Origin: Candidatus Poribacteria bacterium | GTDB taxonomy: Bacteria > Poribacteria > WGA-4E > UBA9662 | Direction of reading: 5' to 3' | DNA length: 64,000 nucleotides | NCBI GenBank assembly: GCA_036339735.1 | Contig: JAYZAL010000101.1 | Span: 1-64,000 of the forward strand | Shown here: piece by piece, positions 40,080-50,449 of the stretch | Numbering within the stretch: position 1 is the first letter of the stretch | How the letters are laid out: each line of letters opens with the position of its first letter | Position numbers and translations under genes: made by a program | The notes under the pieces: generated by a model | What the model was told of the DNA's origin: nothing | The model's input: only the letters and a program-made list of their open reading frames with translations | Database searches by the model: none

Positions 40080-41858
40080 ATGGAAAATAAAACTAGCACT
40101 TGGAACTGTCTTGGTAATAGGGCTTGGCTAGCAGCGATTTTGATTCAATTGTGTTTGTTCAGCTTACTCATACGAGTTGTTTACATTGAATCCGTCTACG
40201 GTGATCAACTAAGGGAACGAGCAAGTATTGCACAACCCGAAAAAGACGAAGTGGAGATCAAACGAGGTAAAATAGTTGATCGAAATGGTGAAATACTCGC
40301 AATTAATAGGAACCTTATTTCGGTTTGGGCAGATCCCAGCTTTCTAAAAATTTCACCTCACAAAGCCGCTCGGCAGTTAGCTCCGATCGTTGGTAAGTCA
40401 GAACTAACGTTGATAGAACAATTGAGCGAAAAAAATAAGAAATTTGTCTGGCTCCAGCGAAATATTCCATATAGTCAGCTAAAATCCATTCGTTCAATGA
40501 CCCAGAAGATTCAGGGGGTCAATTTTCAACTCAATAGTAAACGGGTCTATCCAAATGGTAGGCTGGCATGCCATGTAGTCGGTATAACTAGCTTCGATGG
40601 TCATGGAATAGACGGTATAGAGCGCCAGTATGATTCTTATCTCCTTCCGGCTAGCCAATCCGATACACATATTAAAGATAGGGCCGAGTCAATTGATAAT
40701 TCTGATGTTGGTATATCCCCTATTGATTTGGACTATCCACTCAGTTCTAAACCACTTATTCAAGGGCATACAGTTGAATTGACAATTGACAGATATCTCC
40801 AACACTTGACGGAACAAGTGTTAGCCGATGGCTGCCAAAAATGGAAAGCCAAATCAGGAACAGCTATAATTATGAAGCCTAAGACTGGAGAAATTCTAGC
40901 CATGGCAAACTATCCTAGTTATGACCTAAATCAGTATGCAGACAGTCCTGAAGCGTACAAGCGAAATATCGCAATGTGGATGCAATATGAACCGGGATCT
41001 GTATTTAAGATTGTGACTGCGTGTGGTGTGATAAATGAGAAGATTGCTTCAGCTGAAACCACAGAGTATTGTGAAATGGGGGCTTATCAATTACCAAATG
41101 GACATGTCATAAAGGACGTCCGACCGAATGGTTGGCTGAGCTTGAGCGAAATTATCCAAAAATCCAGCAACATCGGGATTACTAAGACTGCTGAAAAGTT
41201 AGGACATGATTCAATTTCGTCGTATGTCGAAGCTTTTGGATTTGGAAGGAAAACGGGAATTGATTTGCCATTTGAACGTAAGGGATCGCTAAGAGGTCTT
41301 CGTGTATGGGACGAGTACGCTAAAGCAACAGTACCATTTGGACAAGGTATATCCGTCACACCACTCCAGATGTTGAATAGCATCAATACCATCGCTACTA
41401 AAGGGGTTCTCATAAAACCAAACATCGTGGGTGGGATTCTAACAGATGGGTTTGTTGTTGGGGAAGTTAAGCGGTTTCACCCTTGCCCAATTCGACGGGT
41501 GATGTCACCAGAGACGGCCAGTAAATTAACTAAGATTTTAGTAAAGGTAACCGAACAGGGAAGTGGAAAAAACGCTCAAGTGGATGGATATCAAGTAGCG
41601 GGTAAAACTGGAACATCACAGAAGGCGGTAGCGAACCAAGGCTATGTTAAGGGTAAGGTTGTTGTCAGTTTCGCAGGTTTCCTACCCGCCGATGATCCCC
41701 TTATTTCAGTTATAGTAGTAATTGATGAACCTCTCGGTGCACCTCTGAGTACAGAAGTTGCAGCCCCAATGTTTCAAGAAATTGCTGGTCAATCGATGAA
41801 CTACATGTCCCAAAAGTATAATCTCACGAAAGAAGTCGAATTAGCGGTACATCGATAG
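40080..41858 (+). CDS. ftsI: Class B penicillin-binding protein (FtsI/PBP3)
   Basis: RGKIVDRNG, RVYPNG, EPGSVFK (SxxK), SSN, GKTGT. Confidence 0.92.
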   Translation: MENKTSTWNCLGNRAWLAAILIQLCLFSLLIRVVYIESVYGDQLRERASIAQPEKDEVEIKRGKIVDRNGEILAINRNLISVWADPSFLKISPHKAARQLAPIVGKSELTLIEQLSEKNKKFVWLQRNIPYSQLKSIRSMTQKIQGVNFQLNSKRVYPNGRLACHVVGITSFDGHGIDGIERQYDSYLLPASQSDTHIKDRAESIDNSDVGISPIDLDYPLSSKPLIQGHTVELTIDRYLQHLTEQVLADGCQKWKAKSGTAIIMKPKTGEILAMANYPSYDLNQYADSPEAYKRNIAMWMQYEPGSVFKIVTACGVINEKIASAETTEYCEMGAYQLPNGHVIKDVRPNGWLSLSEIIQKSSNIGITKTAEKLGHDSISSYVEAFGFGRKTGIDLPFERKGSLRGLRVWDEYAKATVPFGQGISVTPLQMLNSINTIATKGVLIKPNIVGGILTDGFVVGEVKRFHPCPIRRVMSPETASKLTKILVKVTEQGSGKNAQVDGYQVAGKTGTSQKAVANQGYVKGKVVVSFAGFLPADDPLISVIVVIDEPLGAPLSTEVAAPMFQEIAGQSMNYMSQKYNLTKEVELAVHR

Positions 41859-41873
41859 AGTGTCTTCAAACTA

Positions 41874-43367
41874 GTGAATTTAGACAAACTACTAGATGGC
41901 TTAGAAATCCAATCAACAGTTGGTCGATTGGATCGATCAGTAGGTTCTGTTGTCACCGACCATCGGAAAATCCAACCTGGATCGGTTTGGGTCTGTTATA
42001 GGGGAGTTTTAATTGATGCACATCGATTCATGGCTCAAGCTGTAGATAAACGACCAATAGCCATCATCGCAGAAAAGTCAATACCCGTCCGAACACCAAC
42101 GAATATAGCTTATGTTCAAGTTGATAATAGTAGATCAGCATTAGCTCGAATAGCGGCCAATTGGAACGACCGGCCCGCCGAGAACTTGGATTTAATTGGT
42201 ATTACAGGAACTAATGGGAAGACTTCAACTGCGCATTTCATTGCCAGTATTTTTCGTTTAGCTCATCTTGAATCAGCGCTTCTAGGTACAATTGGTTATT
42301 ACTTAGGAAAAACAGCACTACCCGCACAATCAACCACACCCGACCCTCTGACTTTACACGGTCTTTTCGCTCAAATCTACCAAAACCAAATTCGCCACGT
42401 TATTATGGAAGCGTCTTCTCAAGGCTTAGACCAGAGAAGGTTAGATCACCTCAAATTCCAAGTTGCAGTCTTTACTAATCTAACTCAAGATCACCTAGAT
42501 TATCATAGATCCATGAAGGACTACCTAGCGGCAAAGTTACGTCTTTTTAGGCAAACTGTACCAACAGGCCTAGCTGTTATCAACTGTGATTTGTCGTCAG
42601 ATATTACTGACTCGATTTCTGCTGTAGTTCAGGAGAAATCTTTGTCCAACGTTATAACCTACGGCCTAAATGGCCAACCCAATGTGACTGCCACTAATAT
42701 CAGTCAGAGCACAGCCGGTTTGAGCTTTCGATTGCTTATCTCGTCTGGCTCAGAGAAGAAATCCACTTCTATTCATCTCAAACTCTTTGGCCAGTACAAT
42801 ATTTACAATGCACTTGCTGCCGTATCAGTGGCTCAACATTATCAGGTTGACTTAAACACAATCAAAAAGGGATTAGAATCAACAGTAATTCCAGGTCGGT
42901 GTGAAGCTATTAACTTGGGCCAACCCTTCACAGTTATTGTCGATTATGCGCATACTCCCGATGGGCTGAAGAATCTGCTTCAAGGGATCAGAATGAAGGC
43001 AAGTCATCGTCTAATTGTTGTTTTCGGCTGTGGAGGAGATAGAGATTCGGACAAGCGATCTTTGATGGGGAAGGTTGCGAGTGAAATTGCTGACTACACA
43101 ATTTTGACTTCTGACAATCCTCGTTCAGAGCAGCCTATGCTCATTATCGAACAAATTTTGGGTGCGGTTAGAGGTCAATCGGATTTTGAGTACGATGTTA
43201 TATTAGACAGAAAAAGGGCAATCCAACGTGCGGTGGAAATTGCTAAGATCGGTGATTTTGTGGTGATTGCTGGTAAAGGGCATGAAGGCTACCAAGAAAT
43301 TGGAGGTGTGCTTTACCCTTTCGACGATCGTCAGGTAGCGACTGAGTGTATAACAAATATACTTTGA
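41874..43367 (+). CDS. murE: UDP-MurNAc-tripeptide synthetase, meso-DAP type
   Basis: GITGTNGKT, TTPD, TNLTQDHLDYH, VDYAHTPD, GCGGDRD, SDNPR, AGKGHE. Confidence 0.96.
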   Translation: MNLDKLLDGLEIQSTVGRLDRSVGSVVTDHRKIQPGSVWVCYRGVLIDAHRFMAQAVDKRPIAIIAEKSIPVRTPTNIAYVQVDNSRSALARIAANWNDRPAENLDLIGITGTNGKTSTAHFIASIFRLAHLESALLGTIGYYLGKTALPAQSTTPDPLTLHGLFAQIYQNQIRHVIMEASSQGLDQRRLDHLKFQVAVFTNLTQDHLDYHRSMKDYLAAKLRLFRQTVPTGLAVINCDLSSDITDSISAVVQEKSLSNVITYGLNGQPNVTATNISQSTAGLSFRLLISSGSEKKSTSIHLKLFGQYNIYNALAAVSVAQHYQVDLNTIKKGLESTVIPGRCEAINLGQPFTVIVDYAHTPDGLKNLLQGIRMKASHRLIVVFGCGGDRDSDKRSLMGKVASEIADYTILTSDNPRSEQPMLIIEQILGAVRGQSDFEYDVILDRKRAIQRAVEIAKIGDFVVIAGKGHEGYQEIGGVLYPFDDRQVATECITNIL

Positions 43368-43389
43368 GGTATATTTCATCTTTTGCCTT

Positions 43390-45360
43390 TCAAAATATGA
43401 TTTCATAGTCAACATCGATGACCTGTTCGCCATTCTTAGCCGAATCCTCTACACTTTTGGCATTAGCTGTGTTAGCTGTTCCATAGATGCTATTGTAATT
43501 ATTACCTTTAAAATTGGCAGATTGCTGATTTAATTTGTATTTTTCATAGAAATCTGTAGACAGTTTTTGCCAGATTTGTAGTAGAGAATCCATTTGTGTG
43601 TCGATTCTTTCTATATTCAATTTTTCATCCGGTCTTAATCTCTGTTCTATAGTTTGCTGTAGGACAGTTTTGGTAAATTCGATCTCACTTTTGACCAAAG
43701 GGTCTATCTTTTCACCCTGAACAGAAAGTTCTTTTTCAGTTTCATAAATAAGATTTTCAGCTTTGTAACGAATTGTGGCCTCTTCTCTTCTGAGTTCGTC
43801 GTTTATAGAATTAGTTGCGGTTTTTCGCGCCATCCGCTGGACTTCTTGGTATAACAACCCTGAGGTATTTGTAATAGAAATTTGCCTTTGGTTATTGGTT
43901 GCCAAATCTCGAGCTGATACGCTTAAAATACCATTGACATCAATCTCAAAACTAACGTCAATCTGGGTTTCATTCCTAGGAACTGGTGGTAGTCCACCCA
44001 AGCGAAAGCGGCCGATTGTTTTGTTAAGAGCAGCCTCTTGACTTTCCCCTTGTAGTACATGAATATCAACTGAACTTTGATTGTCTTCCGCGGTGGTAAA
44101 AGTTTTAGATTGTTGCGCGGGTATAGTAGTATTTCGGTTAATCAATCGAGTAAAAGCGCCACCCGAAATTTCGATCCCTAATGACAATGGTGTCACATCT
44201 AGAAGCAGGATTTCTTTAACTCGCGGATCACCTGATAAAACAGCTCCTTGCACGGATGCACCAATTGCTACCACTTCGTCCGGGTTAACTCCTCTTCGCG
44301 CTTCCTTTCCAAAAATTTGTTTTACCAGCTCCTGTACTTTTGGCATTCGAGTCTGTCCTCCAACTAAAATTACTTCGTCGACTTCATTTGCCTTAAGACC
44401 AGCATCTTCTAAGGCTTGATAGCAAGGAGGTATTAGCCGTTCAATTAGGTTGGCAGTTAGTTTTTCCAGCTTAGACCGAGAGAGACTGACGTTGAGATGT
44501 TTAGCACCATTTTTGCTTGCTGCAATGAAAGGGAGATTAATCTCTGCTGTCAAGCTACTGGATAGCTCACATTTGGCTTTCTCTGCAGCTTCTCTCAACC
44601 TTTGGGTTGCTATGGGATCGTCGTATAAACTTGCTCCACAGTTAATCTCAAATTCTTCTGTCAGCGATTCAATGATAGCTTGGTCGAAGTCATCCCCCCC
44701 CAAATGAGGGTCGCCATTCGTACTCAACACTTCTACCAGGCCTTTACCAACCTCTAGTATTGATATGTCGAAAGTACCACCACCCAGATCATAGACAGCA
44801 ATTGTAGTGGGATCTGCTTGGTCTAGGCCATACGCTAAAGCGGCAGCAGTTGGCTCATTGATGATTCGTAGAACATTCATCCCCGCTATGGTACCAGCAT
44901 CTTTTGTCGCTTGGCGCTGGGCGTCATTAAAATACGCTGGTACGGTAATAACAGCTCCCGCAACCGGTTCTCCTATATATCGTTCAGCTGTCTTTTTTAT
45001 TTTTTGTAGGATTTGAGCTGATATTTCTTGTGGTGAGTATAACTCCTTCCCGAGGCTAACCCAAGCATCTCCATTATGATTACAAAAGAGCTGATAGGAG
45101 ACTTTCTTATTTTTCCGAATAACTTCATCGTATTGCTGACCCATAAGGCGCTTAATGGAAAAAATCGTGTTCACGGGATTAGTAATGGCCTGCCTTTTAG
45201 CAACTTGGCCAATCAGCCTCTCATAGGTCTTAGTTATTGCAAAGACGGAGGGTGTCGTTCTTCCTCCCTCTGAATTCTCAATGATCTTTGGCTTATTCTC
45301 TTCCATAATTGCAACACAAGAGTTCGTCGTACCAAGGTCTATACCAATGACTTTGCTCAT
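43390..45360 (-). CDS. dnaK: DnaK/Hsp70 chaperone, divergent paralog
   Basis: GIDLGTTNS, VPAYFND, DLGGGTFD, VGGQTRMP, LLLDVTPLSLG; divergent substrate-binding domain. Confidence 0.92.
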   Translation of the reverse strand: MSKVIGIDLGTTNSCVAIMEENKPKIIENSEGGRTTPSVFAITKTYERLIGQVAKRQAITNPVNTIFSIKRLMGQQYDEVIRKNKKVSYQLFCNHNGDAWVSLGKELYSPQEISAQILQKIKKTAERYIGEPVAGAVITVPAYFNDAQRQATKDAGTIAGMNVLRIINEPTAAALAYGLDQADPTTIAVYDLGGGTFDISILEVGKGLVEVLSTNGDPHLGGDDFDQAIIESLTEEFEINCGASLYDDPIATQRLREAAEKAKCELSSSLTAEINLPFIAASKNGAKHLNVSLSRSKLEKLTANLIERLIPPCYQALEDAGLKANEVDEVILVGGQTRMPKVQELVKQIFGKEARRGVNPDEVVAIGASVQGAVLSGDPRVKEILLLDVTPLSLGIEISGGAFTRLINRNTTIPAQQSKTFTTAEDNQSSVDIHVLQGESQEAALNKTIGRFRLGGLPPVPRNETQIDVSFEIDVNGILSVSARDLATNNQRQISITNTSGLLYQEVQRMARKTATNSINDELRREEATIRYKAENLIYETEKELSVQGEKIDPLVKSEIEFTKTVLQQTIEQRLRPDEKLNIERIDTQMDSLLQIWQKLSTDFYEKYKLNQQSANFKGNNYNSIYGTANTANAKSVEDSAKNGEQVIDVDYEIIF

Positions 45361-45364
45361 ATTC

Positions 45365-45823
45365 CTATCTCCGAAACTTGATAATCCTAGTCCATTTAAA
45401 AAACAAAGACTGGGATCTATTCATGTTTACTCGTCTGGATTGGAACAGCGAGCTCGTGCTTGAAGCAATGGCTTTATTAACGAATTGGACAAATTGAGGA
45501 AGGTGAAGCGGCTTAGGTATAAAGGTGTAAGCACCTGCCTCCATTGCTTCGAGACGTACATCCAAACCGCGATTAGCACTCATAATGATGCTTGGTAGGT
45601 CTGAGTCAATAGTACGAATTCTTCTGGTCAGGTCCGCACCTGTAATATCCGGTAGTTCTAAGTCTGTAATCAGTAGAGATAACTGGTTCGTTTCAAACTG
45701 TACCCATGCTTCGTGCCCGTTTGTAGATGAAAGGGTGTCATACCCAGCCCGATTTAAAACTTCACAAACAACTGCTAGGGTTTCTTTGTTGTCATCTACG
45801 ACCAAAATAGGATTTTTAATCAT
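45365..45823 (-). CDS. Single-domain response regulator receiver
   Basis: ILVVDD, LLITDLELP (phospho-Asp), IIMSA, FIPKP. Confidence 0.9.
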   Translation of the reverse strand: MIKNPILVVDDNKETLAVVCEVLNRAGYDTLSSTNGHEAWVQFETNQLSLLITDLELPDITGADLTRRIRTIDSDLPSIIMSANRGLDVRLEAMEAGAYTFIPKPLHLPQFVQFVNKAIASSTSSLFQSRRVNMNRSQSLFFKWTRIIKFRR

Positions 45824-45918
45824 TTAACTTAACTATATTATTTCTAATAGTTGGTTCATGCTAGCCAACGGACTTTCTACTCTAACTTAGAAATATGAAA
45901 ATGTTACTTCTGACGGTT

Positions 45919-45935
45919 AGCAATTGCTATGCCAG
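45919..45935 (-). promoter_or_regulatory. Sigma54 -24/-12 promoter of receiver-dnaK
   Basis: CTGGCATAGCAATTGCT on minus strand, exact GG-N10-GC, about 95 bp before the start. Confidence 0.75.
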
Positions 45936-46215
45936 ATTCAATTTGTTGCAATCGCTGATAGCTAGATAGTATTTTATGCCTAATGATGATTATAGAACAC
46001 CGAGTCAGATATTTTTGCGATGCCAATTGGGCAAAAGTAGAAATATTCGTTAGGGAAAGTTAGTATACTTAATTCTAACCAATTTTCTAGCCTTTTCTGC
46101 CTCATTAGCTGTATAAAGGTATTCGTAGAAATCGATTGAAAGGACGGTATTTCAATGGCGCTGCGGTAGCAATTGACGGCTTTGCACACTTCCAAATGCC
46201 GACCGCCAATCATAC

Positions 46216-46656
46216 ATGAGACTTAATAATTTTTCAACCCCAAAAATTGAATACTTGGATCATACAGCTGATTTAGGTGTCCGAGTTTATAGCGAAAACT
46301 TACAAAACCTTTTTGAGAGTACAGCTGAGGTGATGCTGTCCGCGATTGCAGAACCCTCCACCGTCGAAGAAGCTATGTTAATAGAGATCGTTGTTAAGGC
46401 AATAGGTTTGCCTGACTTGATGAGAAAATGGCTAGATGAGATTAACTTCCGGCATGAAGTAGATGGGTTTCTTTTCCGTCGTGCCGAGGTCAGGGAAATT
46501 TCTGCGTATAGTGTACGATCCGTAGTTTTTGGTGAACCATATGATAGGAGTAAGCATACCAGATTAACCGAGATAAAGAGCGTAACTTTTCATCAATTGA
46601 GAGTAGAACAATTGATGGACAAAAGTTGGGTTGCTCAAGTCGTTTTCGATATTTGA
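46216..46656 (+). CDS. Archease
   Basis: EYLDHTADLG, LF, FGE, EIKSVTFHQL..W.AQVVFDI. Confidence 0.93.
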   Translation: MRLNNFSTPKIEYLDHTADLGVRVYSENLQNLFESTAEVMLSAIAEPSTVEEAMLIEIVVKAIGLPDLMRKWLDEINFRHEVDGFLFRRAEVREISAYSVRSVVFGEPYDRSKHTRLTEIKSVTFHQLRVEQLMDKSWVAQVVFDI

Positions 46657-46664
46657 TTTACTCG

Positions 46665-47783
46665 ATGGCTCAGCGAGTAGGTGTTTTTTTTAATAGGCTA
46701 GCGGAATGGTTGGCACTTTTGGGTTCTTTTTTAGTGCAAAAGTTGTTGTATCGATCTCAATTACCAAAAAAATTTGCACCAAAGAAAATTCTGGTGATAA
46801 AACTAGACCACTTTGGTGATTTGCTCATTTCGACTGCTGTCTTCAATAATTTACACGTCAATTTTCCAGCCGCCACAATTGATGTACTTATTGGGCATTG
46901 GGGGAGAACGGTTTTGGAAAATCACCCCTATATTCACCAATTGTTTTTCTATAATTCTCCCCTCTTTTCCAGGCAGACCAAAGCCTCAAGTTTTTGGTCT
47001 GCAATTAGAATCATGTTTCGGCTGTGGCGAAAGTATGATCTGGTTGTTGAGTTAAGAGGTGATTCTCTGACTGTTGTTATGGCACTTTTGAAAAGTACTC
47101 CTTATCGTATCGATCGAGCCTGTTATCAGATTGAACAAAAAATGAATGGGACTTCGTCCGACGACCGGCATGAAATTGATCGAAACTTGGACTTACTCAA
47201 ACAGCAAAAGCTCCAAATTTTCTCACGGATGCCAAGCTTCTACCCGTCGTTAGTTGACCAAGATTGGGCTGATATTTACTATGCTAATCTACCAAGTAAT
47301 CGGCCGCTAGTAGTTATTCATCCTGGCTCCCCAGTTGAGCTTAAGCGATGGCCTGCGGAGAGCTTTGCTGAGTTGTCCGAATGGTTGATTGAATTCTACC
47401 AAGCCACAGTTGTTTGGGTTGGAGACATTTCTGAAAACAAGTTAATAGAGAGCATTCAAAAATCTACGTCTCAAAAGACTATTAGTTTGTTAGGCCAGAC
47501 AAATTTTGGTCAACTCGGAGCACTGTTGAAGAATACCAAACTTTTTATTGGGAATGATAGTGCACCTATGCATTTAGCTGCAATGATGGGCACAAGTGTT
47601 GTAGCACTCTATGGTCCAAGTGATCCCAAAAGATTCGGCCCTCTTGGAATTGATAGCCACATTATTCGAAAAAAAAGTGATTGTCCACCGTGTATGTCGA
47701 CTTATTGTAAATTGGATGGGCTTGGTTGTATGAGAAATATTTCGTTAGCCGACGTTCAAAAAGCTGTTGCTCTATTGTTGTGA
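46665..47783 (+). CDS. Glycosyltransferase family 9 (LPS heptosyltransferase-like)
   Basis: KILVIKLDHFGD, IHPGS..KRWP, GNDSAPMHLAA, LYGPSDP; ATG 46665 preferred to TTG 46626. Confidence 0.9.
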   Translation: MAQRVGVFFNRLAEWLALLGSFLVQKLLYRSQLPKKFAPKKILVIKLDHFGDLLISTAVFNNLHVNFPAATIDVLIGHWGRTVLENHPYIHQLFFYNSPLFSRQTKASSFWSAIRIMFRLWRKYDLVVELRGDSLTVVMALLKSTPYRIDRACYQIEQKMNGTSSDDRHEIDRNLDLLKQQKLQIFSRMPSFYPSLVDQDWADIYYANLPSNRPLVVIHPGSPVELKRWPAESFAELSEWLIEFYQATVVWVGDISENKLIESIQKSTSQKTISLLGQTNFGQLGALLKNTKLFIGNDSAPMHLAAMMGTSVVALYGPSDPKRFGPLGIDSHIIRKKSDCPPCMSTYCKLDGLGCMRNISLADVQKAVALLL

Positions 47784-47849
47784 TTGTGATAAGCTTAGAA
47801 GCTAGATTGGAATTACTAGGTTAACTTCAATAACAATCAACTTTGGAAA

Positions 47850-48704
47850 TTGAAGAGGTTTTACAGTATGCATAAAGTGATTAGATTAGCGGCCATTTGT
47901 TGTTCGTTGTTGGTAGCCGTTTTTATAATGGGGTGTGGGGAGGATTCTACTTCACCAACAAAAGTCAAAAAAGAGAATAGCGATGCAATCAGCCTTGCTG
48001 TCAGCCACATCGAAACCCTAAATGGAGAAAGTTTTGGCGCTAGCATGGCTCAAGAATTAGAAGGGCAAGGCGTCAAACTGTCAGAAACTTCGACAGTTTG
48101 GTCTCGAGTTACTGATGAAGAATGGTTGATTACAGATACAGAAAACGAATTGGCTTATGTTGTGAAGAACAGTGGCGGAGACAAGCTAGAAGTTAACAAA
48201 ACTAGTTTCATAGATTATCAAGGTGAAGCTGACACAATTGTCAAGTTCTGGGAAGAATACCGAAATCTCTACAATAAGAGAGAAATTACAAAGCTACTTA
48301 CGCTTTGGAACAAGAAAGGGTCTGACCACATTTACATTAACATTTCAGAAAATGAGCCATTAAGTGGGGACGGTGCCGAGGGGGTAAGAAACGTTTTGCT
48401 GAAATTATCTAAGGGGCATCACTCAACCAAGAGCGACAATTGGAAAGGAAGCCCTATGAACGAAGTTTATATCAAGAAACGTGGGTCTACTTTGGTTGCT
48501 TCGGCGACTGGTCCAAACGCTTTCAGAAACCCTGGGCAGACTTGGGCCTATTTTGTTAAAAATGATATAGGAAAATGGAAAGTCAGTAAAGTTGAGTCGA
48601 TTGAACAGCGCAACATGGGTAAACATGACCGAATTTTAATCCACGAAAAAGACGCTGAAGACAAAATTGGCTACTTCGATGACAAGAAAACACGGGTCAA
48701 ATAA
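47850..48704 (+). CDS. Hypothetical lipoprotein (possible NTF2-like C-terminal domain)
   Basis: Lipobox VFIMG|C; likely start ATG 47868; C-terminal ..FVKNDIGKWKVS. Confidence 0.65.
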   Translation: MKRFYSMHKVIRLAAICCSLLVAVFIMGCGEDSTSPTKVKKENSDAISLAVSHIETLNGESFGASMAQELEGQGVKLSETSTVWSRVTDEEWLITDTENELAYVVKNSGGDKLEVNKTSFIDYQGEADTIVKFWEEYRNLYNKREITKLLTLWNKKGSDHIYINISENEPLSGDGAEGVRNVLLKLSKGHHSTKSDNWKGSPMNEVYIKKRGSTLVASATGPNAFRNPGQTWAYFVKNDIGKWKVSKVESIEQRNMGKHDRILIHEKDAEDKIGYFDDKKTRVK

Positions 48705-48720
48705 ACAATCATGATGCTGG

Positions 48721-48788
48721 TGCACCTTATGGTGCGCCAAGAGGTGTGAGTGTCCGTTTTGGGGCACATTGGCGCCAGGTTTGGGGCT
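48721..48788. promoter_or_regulatory. Candidate enhancer-binding-protein sites (imperfect GC-rich palindromes)
   Basis: TGCACC-TTAT-GGTGCG (48721), TGTCC-GTTTTG-GGGCA (48751) and a weaker third copy at 48773, just upstream of a sigma54 promoter. Confidence 0.45.
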
Positions 48789-48802
48789 AGGAGCTGGGTT
48801 TT

Positions 48803-48819
48803 CTGGCATTTATATTGCT
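48803..48819 (+). promoter_or_regulatory. Sigma54 -24/-12 promoter
   Basis: CTGGCATTTATATTGCT, exact GG-N10-GC. Confidence 0.78.
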
Positions 48820-48954
48820 TTACATACGCTTCGGGTGAGTTAATCTACAGTCGAAATAAGGTTTTCGCCATACTCATCCGCTCGCTGTTTTATTTGAAGG
48901 ATTACTAAACCTGTTTATTTATTGCTTACCACAAGAAAAAGGAGAGAAAGCTCA

Positions 48955-50442
48955 ATGAGTGTAAAAAGAGGCGGTAGCGCCTTTTTGATTTCGGTTATAT
49001 TGCACGTTGGTGCTGCCCTAATCTTGGGAGTGTATCTCGTAACACAAACCGAAGCCTTTAAGGATTTGATTGGGGCTGAGGTAGTCGAGGTAAAAGAACC
49101 ACCAAAGCCGAAAGTCAGAAAACCTATCATCAAACCTGTCATCAAACCTTCAATTCCCACTGAGAATACGGTCGTAGTTGAGCAAGTCCAAGTGCAGCCT
49201 CGTGTAACGACAGCTGCCGTTGTTCGGCCAACCTCTATTCAAACAGAAACGGTGCTCGAGTTTGCGAATAAACCAATCAAGGTCAATGCACCAATCAACC
49301 CTAACGTACCACGTGTAGTGACAAATTCACCAGTACCTCAAGTCGTTACACATGCAAACCTTCCACCTTCCGATGCTCCTGGTGCTCTGGCGTTTTCGGG
49401 TCCTGTGGCTTCAGCACCTGCCGGTCTACCGGGTGGAATAGCTCGTGGTATTGGTGGTGCTGTCCAAGTCAAAGCTGGTGTATTTGCTCGACCTGCTGGT
49501 TTAGCAATGGTGAAAGAAGTTGGTGTTCAGCGTGATGCCCTGGGGGACGTAGTTAAGGATATTAGTTTGGGTGATGTAGAAGTACCACCTCTAGAGAGAG
49601 GTGAACCAGGTGGCCGTGTAATCGGCCGTGGCCGTGACATTCGTGGCGTGCTAAGATTCACTCGAATTCGTCATAGTTTGTCTGACTGGTGGGCTGACGC
49701 TTCCTCACTTAACGCACTGACAAAATGGCTTAATGAACGGACGAAGATCAAGGCTGACATGAACGTGGAAGGTGGCGCAGTAAAATTAACGGATGCGAAC
49801 TTGATGAAATGCCCAATCGTTTGTATGACAGGGCACGATCCCGCGTTGACGCGCTCCCGAAATCTAATGGGGCGTCAGTATGGTGGAGGAAAGCTCGACA
49901 GCCGTTTTTCTGATACGGAAGCCGCCAATTTACGTAAGTACTTAGTGGAACGTGGTGGTGTTCTCACGTTTGACGATTGTGGCGTTAATGCACCCGCGCA
50001 GGCAATGATTCGACTGTTTTTAGCCCAGATGCGTTACGTAATGCCAGAGTTTCAGATCGAACGTATTCCTAATGACCATGATATCTACAACAACTTCTAC
50101 GAAATGGGTGGTCCACCTGTAGGGTTTGATATCTTCTGGTGGGGAACGCGTCCACCAAAGCGAAACTATCTGGAAGGCATCTCAGTCGGTGATAAGCTTT
50201 CTGTTCTTATTTTCCGACGGGATTATATGTGCGCAATGGAGTCAGTTAGTCTTCCCACTAGGTCAGTTCACTATTCGCCTGGTGTTTATCGGTTCATGAC
50301 TAATGTTGTCGTCTACTCCTTAACCACAGGAAAAATTTCAGACCACAGCGGCTATGTACCTGAGGATCGATTGGCAGCTGAGGCCCTGCCTACTCAAGCG
50401 CCTCAGGCAGCTAAAATCACAGCAACAGGCCAAGACCAGTAG
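48955..50442 (+). CDS. Membrane-anchored protein: TonB-like SxxxH anchor, Pro/Val-rich linker, C-terminal DUF4159 domain
   Basis: ATG 48955 after AAGGAG; FLISVILH TM; EPPKPKVRKP; PIVCMTGH, EAANLRKYLVERGG..FDDC, IPNDHDIY, NVVVYSLT are DUF4159-like. Confidence 0.8.
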   Translation: MSVKRGGSAFLISVILHVGAALILGVYLVTQTEAFKDLIGAEVVEVKEPPKPKVRKPIIKPVIKPSIPTENTVVVEQVQVQPRVTTAAVVRPTSIQTETVLEFANKPIKVNAPINPNVPRVVTNSPVPQVVTHANLPPSDAPGALAFSGPVASAPAGLPGGIARGIGGAVQVKAGVFARPAGLAMVKEVGVQRDALGDVVKDISLGDVEVPPLERGEPGGRVIGRGRDIRGVLRFTRIRHSLSDWWADASSLNALTKWLNERTKIKADMNVEGGAVKLTDANLMKCPIVCMTGHDPALTRSRNLMGRQYGGGKLDSRFSDTEAANLRKYLVERGGVLTFDDCGVNAPAQAMIRLFLAQMRYVMPEFQIERIPNDHDIYNNFYEMGGPPVGFDIFWWGTRPPKRNYLEGISVGDKLSVLIFRRDYMCAMESVSLPTRSVHYSPGVYRFMTNVVVYSLTTGKISDHSGYVPEDRLAAEALPTQAPQAAKITATGQDQ

Positions 50443-50449
50443 TTTTACT

